A stretch of 63,991 nt of DNA, filler included, from Octopus bimaculoides (taxonomy: Eukaryota), in NCBI RefSeq assembly GCF_001194135.2. It is 5 parts of 5 records of this genome, joined end to end, with 100 filler letters (N's around TTAATTAATTAA, not from the genome) between each part and the next. Parts side by side here need not be neighbours in the genome. Positions count along the whole stretch, not along the records: positions 1 to 20,438 come from NC_068984.1; 4 more parts are not named here. One strand, written 5' to 3'. The notes beneath the pieces are model-generated. The model did no database searches, was not told where the DNA came from, and saw nothing but the letters and a program-made list of their open reading frames with translations. Below are positions 1 to 10,990 of this stretch, piece after piece. The first letter of the stretch is position 1; every line of letters begins with the position of its first letter. The translations under genes were made by a program, and so were the position numbers.

Positions 1-292
1 ATTATATTTTTATATTTTAAATAATTTGCAATTTCAGGAAATATGTTTTTATATTAAATTTGTGTTTTCTACTCACGACTAGCTAGCGCGGACGCGCGAA
101 CTTTCGAGTAATAGATAGATAGATAGAGAGAGAGACAGACAGACATATAGCTCGCTCCGGCCAGTCATGATATTAGCTGTCAGTAGCCAAAGAATCGACA
201 GGCCAGCAACAGGCATGCAGGCAGACAGACAGATACTTCACTAGCAGTGAGCACTTTCACTTCTGACAGCTAATAGCATGACAGTGCCAATT

Positions 293-492
293 TTTCTACT
301 ATAGGAACAAAGCCTGGAACTTTGCGGGAGTAGGCTAGTCGATTACATCGACCTCAGTGCTTGACTAGTACTTATTTTAATCGATCCCGAAAAGATGAGA
401 GGCGAAATCGATCACGGTGGAATTTGAACTTAGAACGTAAGGACGGACAAAATGCCGCTAAGCATTTTGCCCGGCGTGCTAACGATTCTGCC
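293..492 (-). mobile_element. tRNA-derived SINE, family B (central GCCTTTCATCCTTTCGGGGTCGATAAA-type domain), CpGs intact
   Basis: Reverse complement reads GGCAGAATCGTTAGCACGCCGGGC...GTTCTAAGTTCAAATTCC (A/B-box-like head), then TCATCTTTTCGGGATCGATTAAAATAAGTAC. Homologous to copies at 22555, 31415, 41240 and 42435. Confidence 0.8.
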
Positions 493-699
493 TTTGAATG
501 AATAGCAATGATTCAAAAACAGTTTTGAAAAGTTATTTCCCTTAGCTCATTCTCGCCCAAATCTCTGAATTAAAGAGAAAATATTAGAATAGATTTGTTT
601 GGAGTGAAAAGCCTGCAAAACTAGACTCACGCCTTCAGTTCCAAGAACACCTGTATTTTTAACGCAATCATCAAGTTTAGTTTCAAGATACATCAGATC

Positions 700-1040
700 A
701 ACAGAAGTATGCCCCACCCCGATTTTGTTTCCTGGTAACTTTCAGAAAAATGGATATTTTATAATTAAATTTTCTACAAATACACTTCAGTTGGTGTAGA
801 TTCAGATTGTATCGGAATTTACAATTAAAATTTTTTTCCGAGGTGTGCAGAGAGGAGTTTAGAAAAAAATCACACGAGTCGGTTTTGTTTGCTCATAACT
901 TTCTGAAGAATGGAATTTTTTTTTTTTTTTCTACAAATACCTTTCAGATTGTGTAGATTCAATTTTATCGGAATTTAATGGGAAAAAAAATTGAAAGTTG
1001 AATTTTTTAAAAAACACAAAAGGTGATGCGTCAGTATGCA
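700..1040. repeat. Two diverged ~155-bp tandem units, probably the interior of a DNA transposon, running into a gap
   Basis: TTTTCTACAAATACACTTCAGTTGGTGTAGATTCAGATTGTATCGGAATTT near 770 recurs as TTTTCTACAAATACCTTTCAGATTGTGTAGATTCAATTTTATCGGAATTT near 927. Confidence 0.6.
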
Positions 1041-2084
1041 TGNNNNNNNNNNNNNNNNNNNNNNNNNNNNNNNNNNNNNNNNNNNNNNNNNNNNNNNNNN
1101 NNNNNNNNNNNNNNNNNNNNNNNNNNNNNNNNNNNNNNNNNNNNNNNNNNNNNNNNNNNNNNNNNNNNNNNNNNNNNNNNNNNNNNNNNNNNNNNNNNNN
1201 NNNNNNNNNNNNNNNNNNNNNNNNNNNNNNNNNNNNNNNNNNNNNNNNNNNNNNNNNNNNNNNNNNNNNNNNNNNNNNNNNNNNNNNNNNNNNNNNNNNN
1301 NNNNNNNNNNNNNNNNNNNNNNNNNNNNNNNNNNNNNNNNNNNNNNNNNNNNNNNNNNNNNNNNNNNNNNNNNNNNNNNNNNNNNNNNNNNNNNNNNNNN
1401 NNNNNNNNNNNNNNNNNNNNNNNNNNNNNNNNNNNNNNNNNNNNNNNNNNNNNNNNNNNNNNNNNNNNNNNNNNNNNNNNNNNNNNNNNNNNNNNNNNNN
1501 NNNNNNNNNNNNNNNNNNNNNNNNNNNNNNNNNNNNNNNNNNNNNNNNNNNNNNNNNNNNNNNNNNNNNNNNNNNNNNNNNNNNNNNNNNNNNNNNNNNN
1601 NNNNNNNNNNNNNNNNNNNNNNNNNNNNNNNNNNNNNNNNNNNNNNNNNNNNNNNNNNNNNNNNNNNNNNNNNNNNNNNNNNNNNNNGCTAGAACATCTT
1701 TAAATTTCCTAAATAAACAAATGAGAACGCTTCAAATATTTTAATATTTTTTTAAGTATTAATAATGTAATTGTTTAGATTGAGATGAAATAAATAATTC
1801 AGTACCCTGATCTGTTTCAGTCACTAATATATTATATCAAAAATATTACCTTTTTAAATATCCCAAATTTTTTTTTAAAAACCAGATTTTACTCAAAAAG
1901 ACGATTTTACCTTTTTACTACAAAGGTGCAGATATGGTTAATGTTTACATCTTGATTAAGTCGAACCAATTCTATCACAAGATTAAAAAAAAAAAAAAAA
2001 GTGAATGCTGTAAATAAATCACTGCCTGACGAAACCAGTTTCAGACGATTTCATTCATCACATTTTTTTTTCTCTACAGATTTA

Positions 2085-2431
2085 CCACCGGCCAGCTCAA
2101 AGTTATCTTTTCTTAGTAATCAGTTACAGCGCTAGGGAAATGACATGGGCGGGTAATTCTGATAAACTAATTGTTTACTCCACATGTGCTCTGCTTCATC
2201 TAAACATACGGTTCCAGAAGCATATCTTTTGAATTATTTATATATGTACAATATGTGAATTTGAACAAAGTCACTTCGTTTAAATTCACTAATACTAAAA
2301 TTTATGTAATATATTTATTTGTTCCTATTGGAGTCTAAAGGGGACGCAAATCAACAAACCTATTTGGTAACCGATATTTCTTTGTAAAGGAACTTTGGAA
2401 ATTTAATTCATCGTATATTTTTGTTTACATT
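2085..2431 (+). promoter_or_regulatory. Candidate promoter/5' UTR of KAT14
   Basis: Non-repetitive, CpG-retaining sequence directly upstream of the ATG; GC box GGGCGGG at 2147-2153. TSS cannot be placed from sequence. Confidence 0.35.
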
Positions 2432-4915
2432 ATGGAAAGTGTGGGAAAATCACCTGTGAAACTCAATCAATGTTACTGTGGAGGCGATGCCAATCAAAAC
2501 GAAGAAATGTTAACCTGCACCAAGTGTAGTCTTCTTTTCCACCCGGCCTGTCTGCAGAACGGTCGGCCTTCTGAACTATTGGGGGATATCTTCTTTGAAT
2601 TCACTTGTTCGAATTGTTCTCCGGACAACCAAGAATTGTGTCAGAGAGTGAAACTACAGTGGATTCATGTAGTTTCGCTGGCCTTGTATAATTTGCAGTT
2701 TTCAGGTACAGGTAAGATGGGTTATTATCGCTGGAAAGATCACATCTGTGCTTTTATTGACAAACACTGGAAATTTCTATTTGGGAACCGAAAAAAGACG
2801 AATCTATGGCATGGTACTGTCGCCGGTATTCTGTCAACAGGCTGCCCGAATTATTTCATTTCGGGGTCAAAAGAGATAGGTGAATCTGGCTGGTGGAAAT
2901 TAGCCGAAGGTAAAATGTCGTTTATGAATTTAGAATCCTCATGGAAAAATTTCCGCAAACGCTCTAAGACTCCTCCTGTGGACGTCAATCTACTCCCATC
3001 TGGCTTACGTGGTCGTCAAAAGAAATCGTCTCTTGAAGTTGCAATAGAACGTAAAGAAAAAGGTGTTACATTCACTAAACGTAAAATAACAAATGCCGAA
3101 AATCCAACAAAAGTGTCATTGCCCGTTATTAGAAGTAGTTCGAATTTAAATGATGTCGCTACAACTACTTTTAGTGGACCCAGTTATAATGATCTCTTAA
3201 CGTCTAATATTCAAACCAAATTAGATTCTTTATTGAAACCCATTGAAATTAAATCAGAATCTTCCTCTTATTCTCACTGCACATTTGATTTTAAAGCTTA
3301 TGGTGAACTTGGTAATTTTATGGAACAAGATGAGGAGGAACCTCCAACTGAAAATACAAAATCAGAATCCCTAGAACCTCAGATAAGTATGCCATTTCCT
3401 CCCTTTTTAAAAGATGAGTCTGATAGTGATATGGAAATTGATATTGGAACCTTTTCTCCTATACCTGCTTGTTCACCTAGTCCTACTTCTCCTCGACTTT
3501 CACCTTCCTTACAAGAGATGTTTGCTGTTCTTGATGATAAGTCCAATGGACCACTTTTTACTAGAACATCTGATTCCTCTGTTGAACTTTCTATTCCTTC
3601 ACTGAGTGTGAGAGATGGGAAGACCACTTCCACTAATGAACTTGCAAGCATTAATATTAATAATAATAGCAACAACAAATATTTTAACTTTGACTTTAAG
3701 ATTACTAATCCTCCATTGGGTAAAGTTCCCAAAAGAGAATTAATAAATGAACAAATAAATACCCAGAATGAAATTGTTCCAAAATTGGAGCCACATGAGG
3801 AAATTAAGGAATTGGAAGAAAGTGCTAATGATTCAGTCAAAAGAGAAGTTAATGAAGATCAAGAAGAAAAATCAAATGAAACAGAAGAATCAGAAAAAGA
3901 GGGTGAAGAAGAGGAGGTTAAAGAAATGACTCCAGAGCCAAAAACAGTTAAGTTTGTTCCTATTAGTTTATATCATGAGAAAAAACTTCTTAGTCAACTT
4001 AACCATATTGCTGACAAGTCAACTCTTCCTGTCGACCTTCATAGATTCCGTCGTAAATTACATGTGCGGCAAATCAAAAGAGAACAAGGTATGCCTCTGT
4101 TTGACTTAGATGCTGAGGTTAATTATCATTTGGGATTATTGAATTCCTCCTCAATAGACAAAGACTATAATCAGATTCATGGTGTTCCCTCATCATACTG
4201 CCATCCTGCTGATGTGAGAGTACTCAGTAGATTCTTAACCCACCCTGAAATTTATCCACCAAAATCAAACAAGAAACAACCTTTATTTATCAACAGACTG
4301 ATTGGTACTGAAGATGATCAGCTGCAGTGTATTTGCAGCCCATACACTACACGCTGGCTGAAACCTTTCATCATGAGGGACTATGAAACTAAACCCATGA
4401 AAATGCGTCTCTTGGAGGAAATCCAAGCTTATCCACATAGAGATGATCCCTTATGGAAACCTCCACCTACTTATCCAATAGATTATTGTTATGTCCGTCC
4501 TCAACACATTCCATCTGTGAATTCACTTTGTCAACAGTTTTTCTGGCCAGGAATCGACCTATCAGAATGCCTACAATACCCGGATTTCAGCTGTGTTGTT
4601 TTATACCGAAAGATTGTCATTGGATTTGCCTTCATGGTACCTGATGTAAAATATAATGAAGCATATATTTCTTTTCTGTTTACTCACCCTGAATGGTGCC
4701 GTTCAGGTATTGCTTCATTCTTACTTTACCATCTTATACAGACATGTATGGGTAAAGATGTCACACTTCATGTTTCAGCCAACAATCCAGCCATGTTACT
4801 CTATCAAAAGTTTGGTTTCAAACCAGAACAGTTTATATTGGACTTCTACGACAAATATTACCCTGCAGACTCTAGAGAATGTAAGCATGCTTTTTTCCTA
4901 AGACTTCGGAGATGA
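2432..4915 (+). CDS. KAT14: Cysteine-rich protein 2-binding protein / lysine acetyltransferase 14 (ATAC2), 827 aa, single coding exon
   Basis: N-terminal C4HC3 PHD finger (C14,C16,C29,C32,H37,C40,C59,C62); then the family region GYYRWKDHICAFIDKHW..LFGNRKKT...GWWKL; acidic low-complexity linker; C-terminal GNAT domain (DYCYVRPQHIPSVNSLCQQFFWPGIDLSECLQYPDFS...KDVTLHVSANNPAMLLYQKFGF...CKHAFFLRLRR*), matching vertebrate CSRP2BP as I recall it. AATAAA at 4993-4998. Confidence 0.95.
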   Translation: MESVGKSPVKLNQCYCGGDANQNEEMLTCTKCSLLFHPACLQNGRPSELLGDIFFEFTCSNCSPDNQELCQRVKLQWIHVVSLALYNLQFSGTGKMGYYRWKDHICAFIDKHWKFLFGNRKKTNLWHGTVAGILSTGCPNYFISGSKEIGESGWWKLAEGKMSFMNLESSWKNFRKRSKTPPVDVNLLPSGLRGRQKKSSLEVAIERKEKGVTFTKRKITNAENPTKVSLPVIRSSSNLNDVATTTFSGPSYNDLLTSNIQTKLDSLLKPIEIKSESSSYSHCTFDFKAYGELGNFMEQDEEEPPTENTKSESLEPQISMPFPPFLKDESDSDMEIDIGTFSPIPACSPSPTSPRLSPSLQEMFAVLDDKSNGPLFTRTSDSSVELSIPSLSVRDGKTTSTNELASININNNSNNKYFNFDFKITNPPLGKVPKRELINEQINTQNEIVPKLEPHEEIKELEESANDSVKREVNEDQEEKSNETEESEKEGEEEEVKEMTPEPKTVKFVPISLYHEKKLLSQLNHIADKSTLPVDLHRFRRKLHVRQIKREQGMPLFDLDAEVNYHLGLLNSSSIDKDYNQIHGVPSSYCHPADVRVLSRFLTHPEIYPPKSNKKQPLFINRLIGTEDDQLQCICSPYTTRWLKPFIMRDYETKPMKMRLLEEIQAYPHRDDPLWKPPPTYPIDYCYVRPQHIPSVNSLCQQFFWPGIDLSECLQYPDFSCVVLYRKIVIGFAFMVPDVKYNEAYISFLFTHPEWCRSGIASFLLYHLIQTCMGKDVTLHVSANNPAMLLYQKFGFKPEQFILDFYDKYYPADSRECKHAFFLRLRR

Positions 4916-5467
4916 AAATAGATTTACTGCACTTAATTTTGTGGTATCTGTTTATATCCTATTTTCTCTTTAGAGTAAGCTTCTACATCCATAATAAAAG
5001 GTAAAAGATTTCAGCAAGTAGTCTATTGGTTGAGCCCACAGACTCAGTTCATAATATTGTTTCAATTTCTTATTGTAAACATTCCACTTCATGTCACTGA
5101 TACCCTTAAGAAAAACATAAAAGTTTCAGTTTAATTCCTCTTTTTTATAAATTTGAGGATTTTTATCTAAGAAATCCATATGTAGCACAATAACTCAGTG
5201 TTTTCCAAACTGTGTTTTGTGACACAGTGTGTCACTAGCAAGGTGTAGATGTGTTGCAGACGTACAGGAAACCAATATATAAAATACCCAATACCAATTT
5301 GTTTCAGCTTTACAGAATGTTTGTTAGCATAAGCGAACATGTCAATGCATGTACCTACCAGCTATCATTTCCCACTTAATGTTTAGAGGTAGATAAAAAG
5401 GCACAAGTAATCTTCATTATACAGGGAGTNNNNNNNNNNTAAAAAGGCACAAGTAATCTTCATTATA

Positions 5468-5679
5468 CAGGGAGTCCACAAGGTCTGGGTACATGGAGTA
5501 AATGAAATCATAACATAAACAATTAAATATAAGAAATGATAATTTCTTAAAGTTTGTGTTAATCCCCATGTGGGTACATGGAGTAAATAAAATCATACCA
5601 TAAACAATTAAATATAAGAAATAATAACTTCTTAAAGTATGTGTTAATCCCCATGTACCCAGACTTTGTGGACACCCTG
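5468..5679. mobile_element. Tc1/mariner-type MITE with TA target duplication and an internal 85-bp tandem duplication
   Basis: TA|CAGGGAGTCCACAAGGTCTGGGTACATGG ... CCATGTACCCAGACTTTGTGGACACCCTG|TA; 29-bp TIRs with 2 mismatches. Confidence 0.85.
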
Positions 5680-6014
5680 TAGAACTCTTATTTTTATTGT
5701 ATTTTATTCAATGTAAAAGAATTAACATATTGCAAGTGTATTCTCTTTCCGAAGTAAATTGAAAATCGATTAAAAATTTTCAAATCTGTACCCGTTTTAA
5801 TGAGCAAAACACTGGAACTGCTTTCAAATTGCCTAAAGTTATTGCTCACCTATACTGGTATTACGCATTACTAAGGGTAAGCTAATAATTATGAAATCAC
5901 ATTAAACTTACCCCTTGTTCATCAGTCTCGTGGGCTTGGCCTTAGGAACCGGGTGTTCTGATAAAGTAAATCAGCTTAGTTTTATTCATAAATTGTAATT
6001 AAATTACCCATAAA

Positions 6015-7837
6015 ATGGATAAGTTTTTAATTAAGAAAAGAAAGGTTGCAGAAGATGACATTTCCAATGAACAAAATTTAACAGCTACAAAGGAAACTAC
6101 TGTTGAATGACCTGCATCAGTGAGTGAGAAGTGCACAGGATAAATTTTTAAGCCTCATTTATGCAACAAAGGTTATATAAAACTGGGCTTCACATTTTCT
6201 GGAAATGAAAACAACCCTAGTCCTCAGTCTTTAGTTTGTGGAGATATACTTGCTAATGAAAGTATGGTACCAAACAAATTAAAACATTTCAGCATTAGGC
6301 ACGGAAATTTGTCAACAAAACCAGTGGAATACTTCATTGAACTTTCAAAATCTCTAAAAAGCAAGCTTCAACTTTCACAAAGAGAATGAAAACATTAGAC
6401 AAAGCTCAAGAGGCAAGTTACTTGGTTGCTCAAATAATTGCCAAAAACAAGGAATGACATAGTATTGCCGAAAGTAGTATAAAGGAATCTTGCTGTGCTA
6501 TTGCTCAAACAATGTTTGGATGTGAATTTGAGATAAAAGTTAGTAAAATTCCTCTGGCAGATAACACAATTGGAAGACGAATTCAAGATATGTCTGATAA
6601 TATTAGGCTGCAAATGAAGGTTATTTTTCAAGATAATAACCTGATGCTTGCATTGTAGTTAGACAAATCAACAGATGTCAATGGGTTAGCACAATTGATG
6701 GTTTTTATAAACGTTTCATTTGTAATGACAGAATTATTGAGCAGTTCTTGTGTTGTCTAGAACTTCCATTGAGAACTAGAGGTGAAGACAATTTTCAAGC
6801 TTTAAATTCCTTCATTAGGGAAAAAATTTTATGGTTAAACTGTGCAGGAATATGCACAGATGGCACACCCTCAATGGTAAGTTCAGTAAAAGGTTTTACA
6901 ACTTCGGCAAAAAAAGAGAATACAAATATAATTACTCATTGTTTTTTGCATCGCAAAGCACTAATTGTGTAAACTGTTGGAGATGATTTATGAAGAGTTA
7001 TAAACGAAATGGTTCAAAAGTAGACCTCTTAAATCAAGATTATTTGCTCATATTTGTGAAGAAATGAGAGCAAATTTCAAGAATCTTCTACTACACACAC
7101 AGGTTCATTAGCTTTCAAAAGGTCATGTGCTTTATCATGTATATGAATTGAGAGAAATTATGCTTTAACTTTTTGAAGAAAATCAACAGAATAAATTCCA
7201 CAATCTGATTCAAGACGAACTTTGGTGTACCAAATTGGCATATCTTTCAAACATATTTGAATAAAATTAACACTGGTATGCAGGGAAAAGCAGAAAATAT
7301 CTTAACATTGGCTGATAAAATTTGTGCTATGAGAGACAAAATAACAATTTGGAAACACAAAGTAAAAGAAGGAAATTTTGAAATGTTTTCCAAAACGTGA
7401 GTGCGAGCTAAAATGTGAGATCAGCTCATTAATTGTTGGCCATTTAACATTACTTAGAGAAAAACTTGATTATTATTTTCTAAATATTGAAATTCAAAAC
7501 TATGATTGGATCAGAAATCCATTTCTTGCAACTGCAACAATTGATTTTTTCACTTACTGAAGTAGAAGAACTAGCTGAAATCAAGAATGGTTGGTGTCTG
7601 TTATAGATTTATGAAGAGGGAAACTTACAGAACTTTTGGATTAGTGTTTCAAAGTATCCAAACCTAGCTAAAAAAGCTTTACAAATTCTTTTGTAGTTTT
7701 ATACTACATACATTTGTGAAGCATCTTTTTCAGCAATGCTAAACTTAAAGACATCGAAACATGGAAACTCATTATCTACTATTCCACCTAATGTCCAAAA
7801 TCTCTTTTCTTCCCATCAGGCTCATGTATCTCACTGA
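6015..7837 (+). pseudogene. Buster/ZBED8/SCAND3-like hAT transposase pseudogene
   Basis: Across frameshifts and stops: GFTFSGNENNPSP, ILANESMVPNKL, EASYLVAQIIAK, KIPLADNTIGRRIQDMS, LDKSTDVNGLAQL, ICTDGTPSM, THCFLHRKAL, YPNLAKKALQIL, TTYICEASFS, ending HQAHVSH*. Confidence 0.9.
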
Positions 7838-7966
7838 AATAGTTATAAAAGTTATTTTTTTTATTAAACCTTGCATATATTTACAGATTATTATCGATAA
7901 ATGATAACTCACATTTCTCTTGAAAATATATTTTATTTTGCTTACAAATTATATATTTATAAAATA

Positions 7967-8630
7967 CTAGCTGAGATACCTGGTGTTGCTCAGGATTAAA
8001 GTGGCATAGTTTGTATATATATTACAGTTATGTTGAAACAGGTGATATGGGAAAGTGCAACATTGATGACAAAACATTTGTGGAGTAAATGATGGGCTAA
8101 TTCAACTAAGCAACATGCCATGCATCCATTTGGAGTATTCTAGGCTCTAAGCTGCCATGGAAAATTGAGGATGGGGGTATGTGATTTTTGAATACACCGA
8201 AAAGCTGTCAATGGATATACTCTCCTTTGCAGTAGTCGGAGCTGTGTCTAACACAACCCATTGTCTGAAGTTTTGACACCTCCTTTTGAGTTTGTTGTCC
8301 TGCATCACTCATAAAGTAAATTTGGAGGAACTGTCTCTCACCAATGAGGTGAGAGACTTGCCTTTAAACTTTGAATGTTGGCATAAATCAGTGTTCAACT
8401 ACTGCCTTAGATGCACCAAACATTGTCATTTGAAATGCAGTTGTATTGTCTGATATTGTTCAGAAAATCATTTGACATGATGGAAGTGCCTTCCAGATGA
8501 TCCATAAGAGGTTGAGGAGAAGCTGATAGTGCTGGCAGTCTTACCTTACCACCTGAGCAGCACATGATAATTTGCCTAAATTCAGAATTTTAGTAAAAAC
8601 AGTCGATAAGGAAATTACTGTAAGTCCCAG
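7967..8630 (-). mobile_element. Internally deleted Helitron (Rep-helicase N-terminal remnant plus 3' end), CpG-depleted copy
   Basis: Reverse complement ends GAGCAACACCAGGTATCTCAGCTAG|T (CTAG terminus before T); colinear with the 62100-62828 copy over ~600 bp. Confidence 0.8.
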
Positions 8631-8654
8631 TTTTAGAATAGGTAATACATCTCT

Positions 8655-8940
8655 GTCGTCATCATCATCATCATTCTTTAACGTCCACTTTCCATAATGG
8701 CGCAGGCTGGACAGTTTAACAGGAGTCTGCACCAGACTTCTGTGTCTGTTTTGGCAGGGTTTTTACAACTGGATGCCCTTCTTAACACCAACCAACCTGC
8801 TGAGCAGACTGGTGTTTGGAAGGGCAATCCACCCATAAAACCCCTGGCCAAAACAGACAGATTTGTGTGTTAAAGACAAAAATGAAGAGTTGGCAACAAG
8901 AAAGGCATCTGGGTCATGAAACACTGCCTCAGAAAAACCA
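8655..8940 (-). mobile_element. Retroposon family C (RTE-like (ATG)n tail)
   Basis: (CAT)n-TTTAACGTCC...CTGGATGCCCTTCTTAACAC shared with copies at 39560, 51060, 52450, 57820 and 60935. Confidence 0.7.
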
Positions 8941-9173
8941 GTCAACTTATATCAGTCTGAAACAGTTGATAAAGAAGGAAGGCAAAAACTGTTAGTAATT
9001 GTACACAAGCATTTAGATGTTGATATTTGACAACCATAAAGGCAATTTTCTTAATTTTAGCTCTCAGAATATTCCTCTTCTAACAAGTTGTATAAAAGGC
9101 AACAGAATAAAATTCTGGTGCAAAGAAAATTAGTTTAATGAAGAAGTCTAATTAAAAACTAGAGTGAGCTCCA

Positions 9174-9368
9174 TTAATACTTTTGATACCAACCTGCCTC
9201 TTTTTTTAAGTTACCTTAATTTAAACCTTTCATCAAAATTTCATGTTAAGTCATGTTCCAACACTTGCTTAATAATGACAATCATTTCATTAAATTCTTC
9301 ATTATCTTCAAAATTAATTGAAATGAAGATGCTGTATTTCAACAGAAATATGGTAAGAAAAGGGTTAA
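9174..9368. mobile_element. piggyBac-like MITE (TTAA ends)
   Basis: TTAA-TACTTTTGATACC ... GGTAAGAAAAGGG-TTAA; related sequence at 39327-39426 and 40631-40760. Confidence 0.6.
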
Positions 9369-9464
9369 ATATCTGTCTATTATTTTACATTTTCTTATCC
9401 AATCTTTTATGGTGTCACTCTTCTAATAGCCAGTTATTTTAAATGATGTGCATTCACTTATTCA

Positions 9465-9600
9465 CTTATTTGATCAACTGAATAACCTACTCATTAAATT
9501 AACATGCAAGTGGCTGAGTATTCCACAAACATGTATACCTGATGTAATTCTCAAGCTAAATCAGTGTGAAGCAATACATAACTAGGTTGATGGTTGGATT
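9465..9600 (+). mobile_element. SINE fragment, family D
   Basis: AAATTAACATGCAAGTGGCTGAGTATTCCAC is homologous to 36400-36545. Confidence 0.6.
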
Positions 9601-9639
9601 TACAGTTACAATCCATCCAACAGATTTCTGTATAGGTTT

Positions 9640-10170
9640 TATCTACTCTTCACCTCAACAGCATAAAAACTCAAACTTTTTACAAGTGAGGAAACAGTCA
9701 TGTACATCAATCTCACTCTACAACTAAAACCGTTACAATTATAGTAAATGCTAAGTTTCACAATCTCTTACAGCAACCTAACATATATATCATTGCCACT
9801 CACGTGACACAGACTCGAATTCCTCTTCACCACCAGGAAATATTTCAACCATGACCAGATACTGACCATTTAGTGTATATAAATAGTGCTGCTGCTATGC
9901 TTACAAACACCATAGACCACACCCTAAGGGTCATCTAACTGATTGGTAATGATTTACTCACCAATATGCTTCAACCAAAGACTCACAGATGCACTGTTTC
10001 TGTTCTCTGCCTCTTTACTATTGCTACAGTAATGGTGTCTACACCTTTGATCTAACCATCTCAGTTTCTTCTGATACTTTACTATGTTTAATTGACTACA
10101 AGGAAACCTGTACACAGTCACTTGACCTGCAAGAAATTTCAGCCAAATCTTTCTCACATGTTACACTATG
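9640..10170 (+). mobile_element. CR1/L2-type LINE, decayed 3' RT fragment
   Basis: FCSLPLYYCYSNGVYTFDLT resembles the CR1 ORF2 C-terminal SLSLFYRYY.G.CS.EL motif. Confidence 0.55.
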
Positions 10171-10729
10171 ATCTTCAAAAACAGTTAAACCTTTAGCATT
10201 TAAACCAACCATATCGGGCTCAAATGGTCTCATGATCAGAGATGCACATATTGTCAGCTACTAAGGGACATGTTTAAGTGGTTAAGACCAAATGACTAAC
10301 AAGCAAATCTGTGGTATTGAGCAGAATATTTGTTATAACCATGTTTTTGCTTCAGCAACTCGGCACTGAATCTCTCTGAAATGTAATGGAAAATAAATCA
10401 GTTTCAAAACATTGATGTCCAGGTCACAAAAGCAAAGTTTGAAGGGAATAGTAATAATTTCCTTTGATTTCTAAATAGAAGCAAATAGGAAGTAACACTT
10501 ACTGGCCAAAGACAAAGAAAAAAAAATTAAAGTTTTGTTATTATGTTATAAATTGATGAAACTGATGACACCAGCACAATGGGGAAATCACCAGGAAAAC
10601 CAAGGAAGATGAAAACATTTTTAGTATACATGTGTGACTTGGACTCTCATTGCAGACATACAGAATAAGATACATGCACTGGATATAATCTTAGCTTTTA
10701 TTTGGATCACATGACAAACACAAAGGTCC

Positions 10730-10990
10730 TTGAAACTATCCAGTGTCACATTGGTTCTATATAATGAAGAGAAAAGAAAGCTAAGATGGTTTGGGCTGTA
10801 ACAAAATCCAGTGGCCTTGCAAAGACCATTCGTCAAGGAAGGGAAAGGAAGGAGAGACTGACAGAGAAAAAGATAGATGGACAACATCAAGGAATAGACA
10901 GGCACATCATGAGTAAAAATCTGAATTCTGGCACACAATCATAACAGAAGAAGACTGCTGTACAGTATATAATGACAGCACATCTACAAT
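10730..10990 (+). mobile_element. RTE-type LINE 3' fragment
   Basis: KRKLRWFG..TKSSGLAKTIRQG...KRW.DNIKE across frameshifts. Confidence 0.7.

Larger units (their letters stand above)
5196..7960 (+). mobile_element. hAT (Buster/Charlie-type) DNA transposon, decayed; 5' TIR present, 3' TIR not found
   Basis: CAGTGTTTTCCAAACTGTGT TIR-like start at 5196; transposase remnant 6015-7837; interrupted by a Tc1-type MITE and bounded on the right by a Helitron. Confidence 0.75.

Noticed and set aside
2028-2052. CTGACGA hammerhead-like core upstream of KAT14
   Set aside because: No GAAA after the putative stem II and no cleavage triplet; it is only a short hairpin.
1750-2431. A PET117-like ORF upstream of KAT14, as in the vertebrate bicistronic locus
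   Set aside because: No matching ORF in the visible sequence. The 1043-1688 gap cannot be examined.
5394-5476. 36-bp direct repeat around a 10-N gap
   Set aside because: Identical sequence on both sides of the gap is an unmerged contig overlap.
6015-7837. Domesticated ZBED8/SCAND3-like gene
   Set aside because: Many stops and frameshifts, and a TIR is still present; it is a dead transposase.
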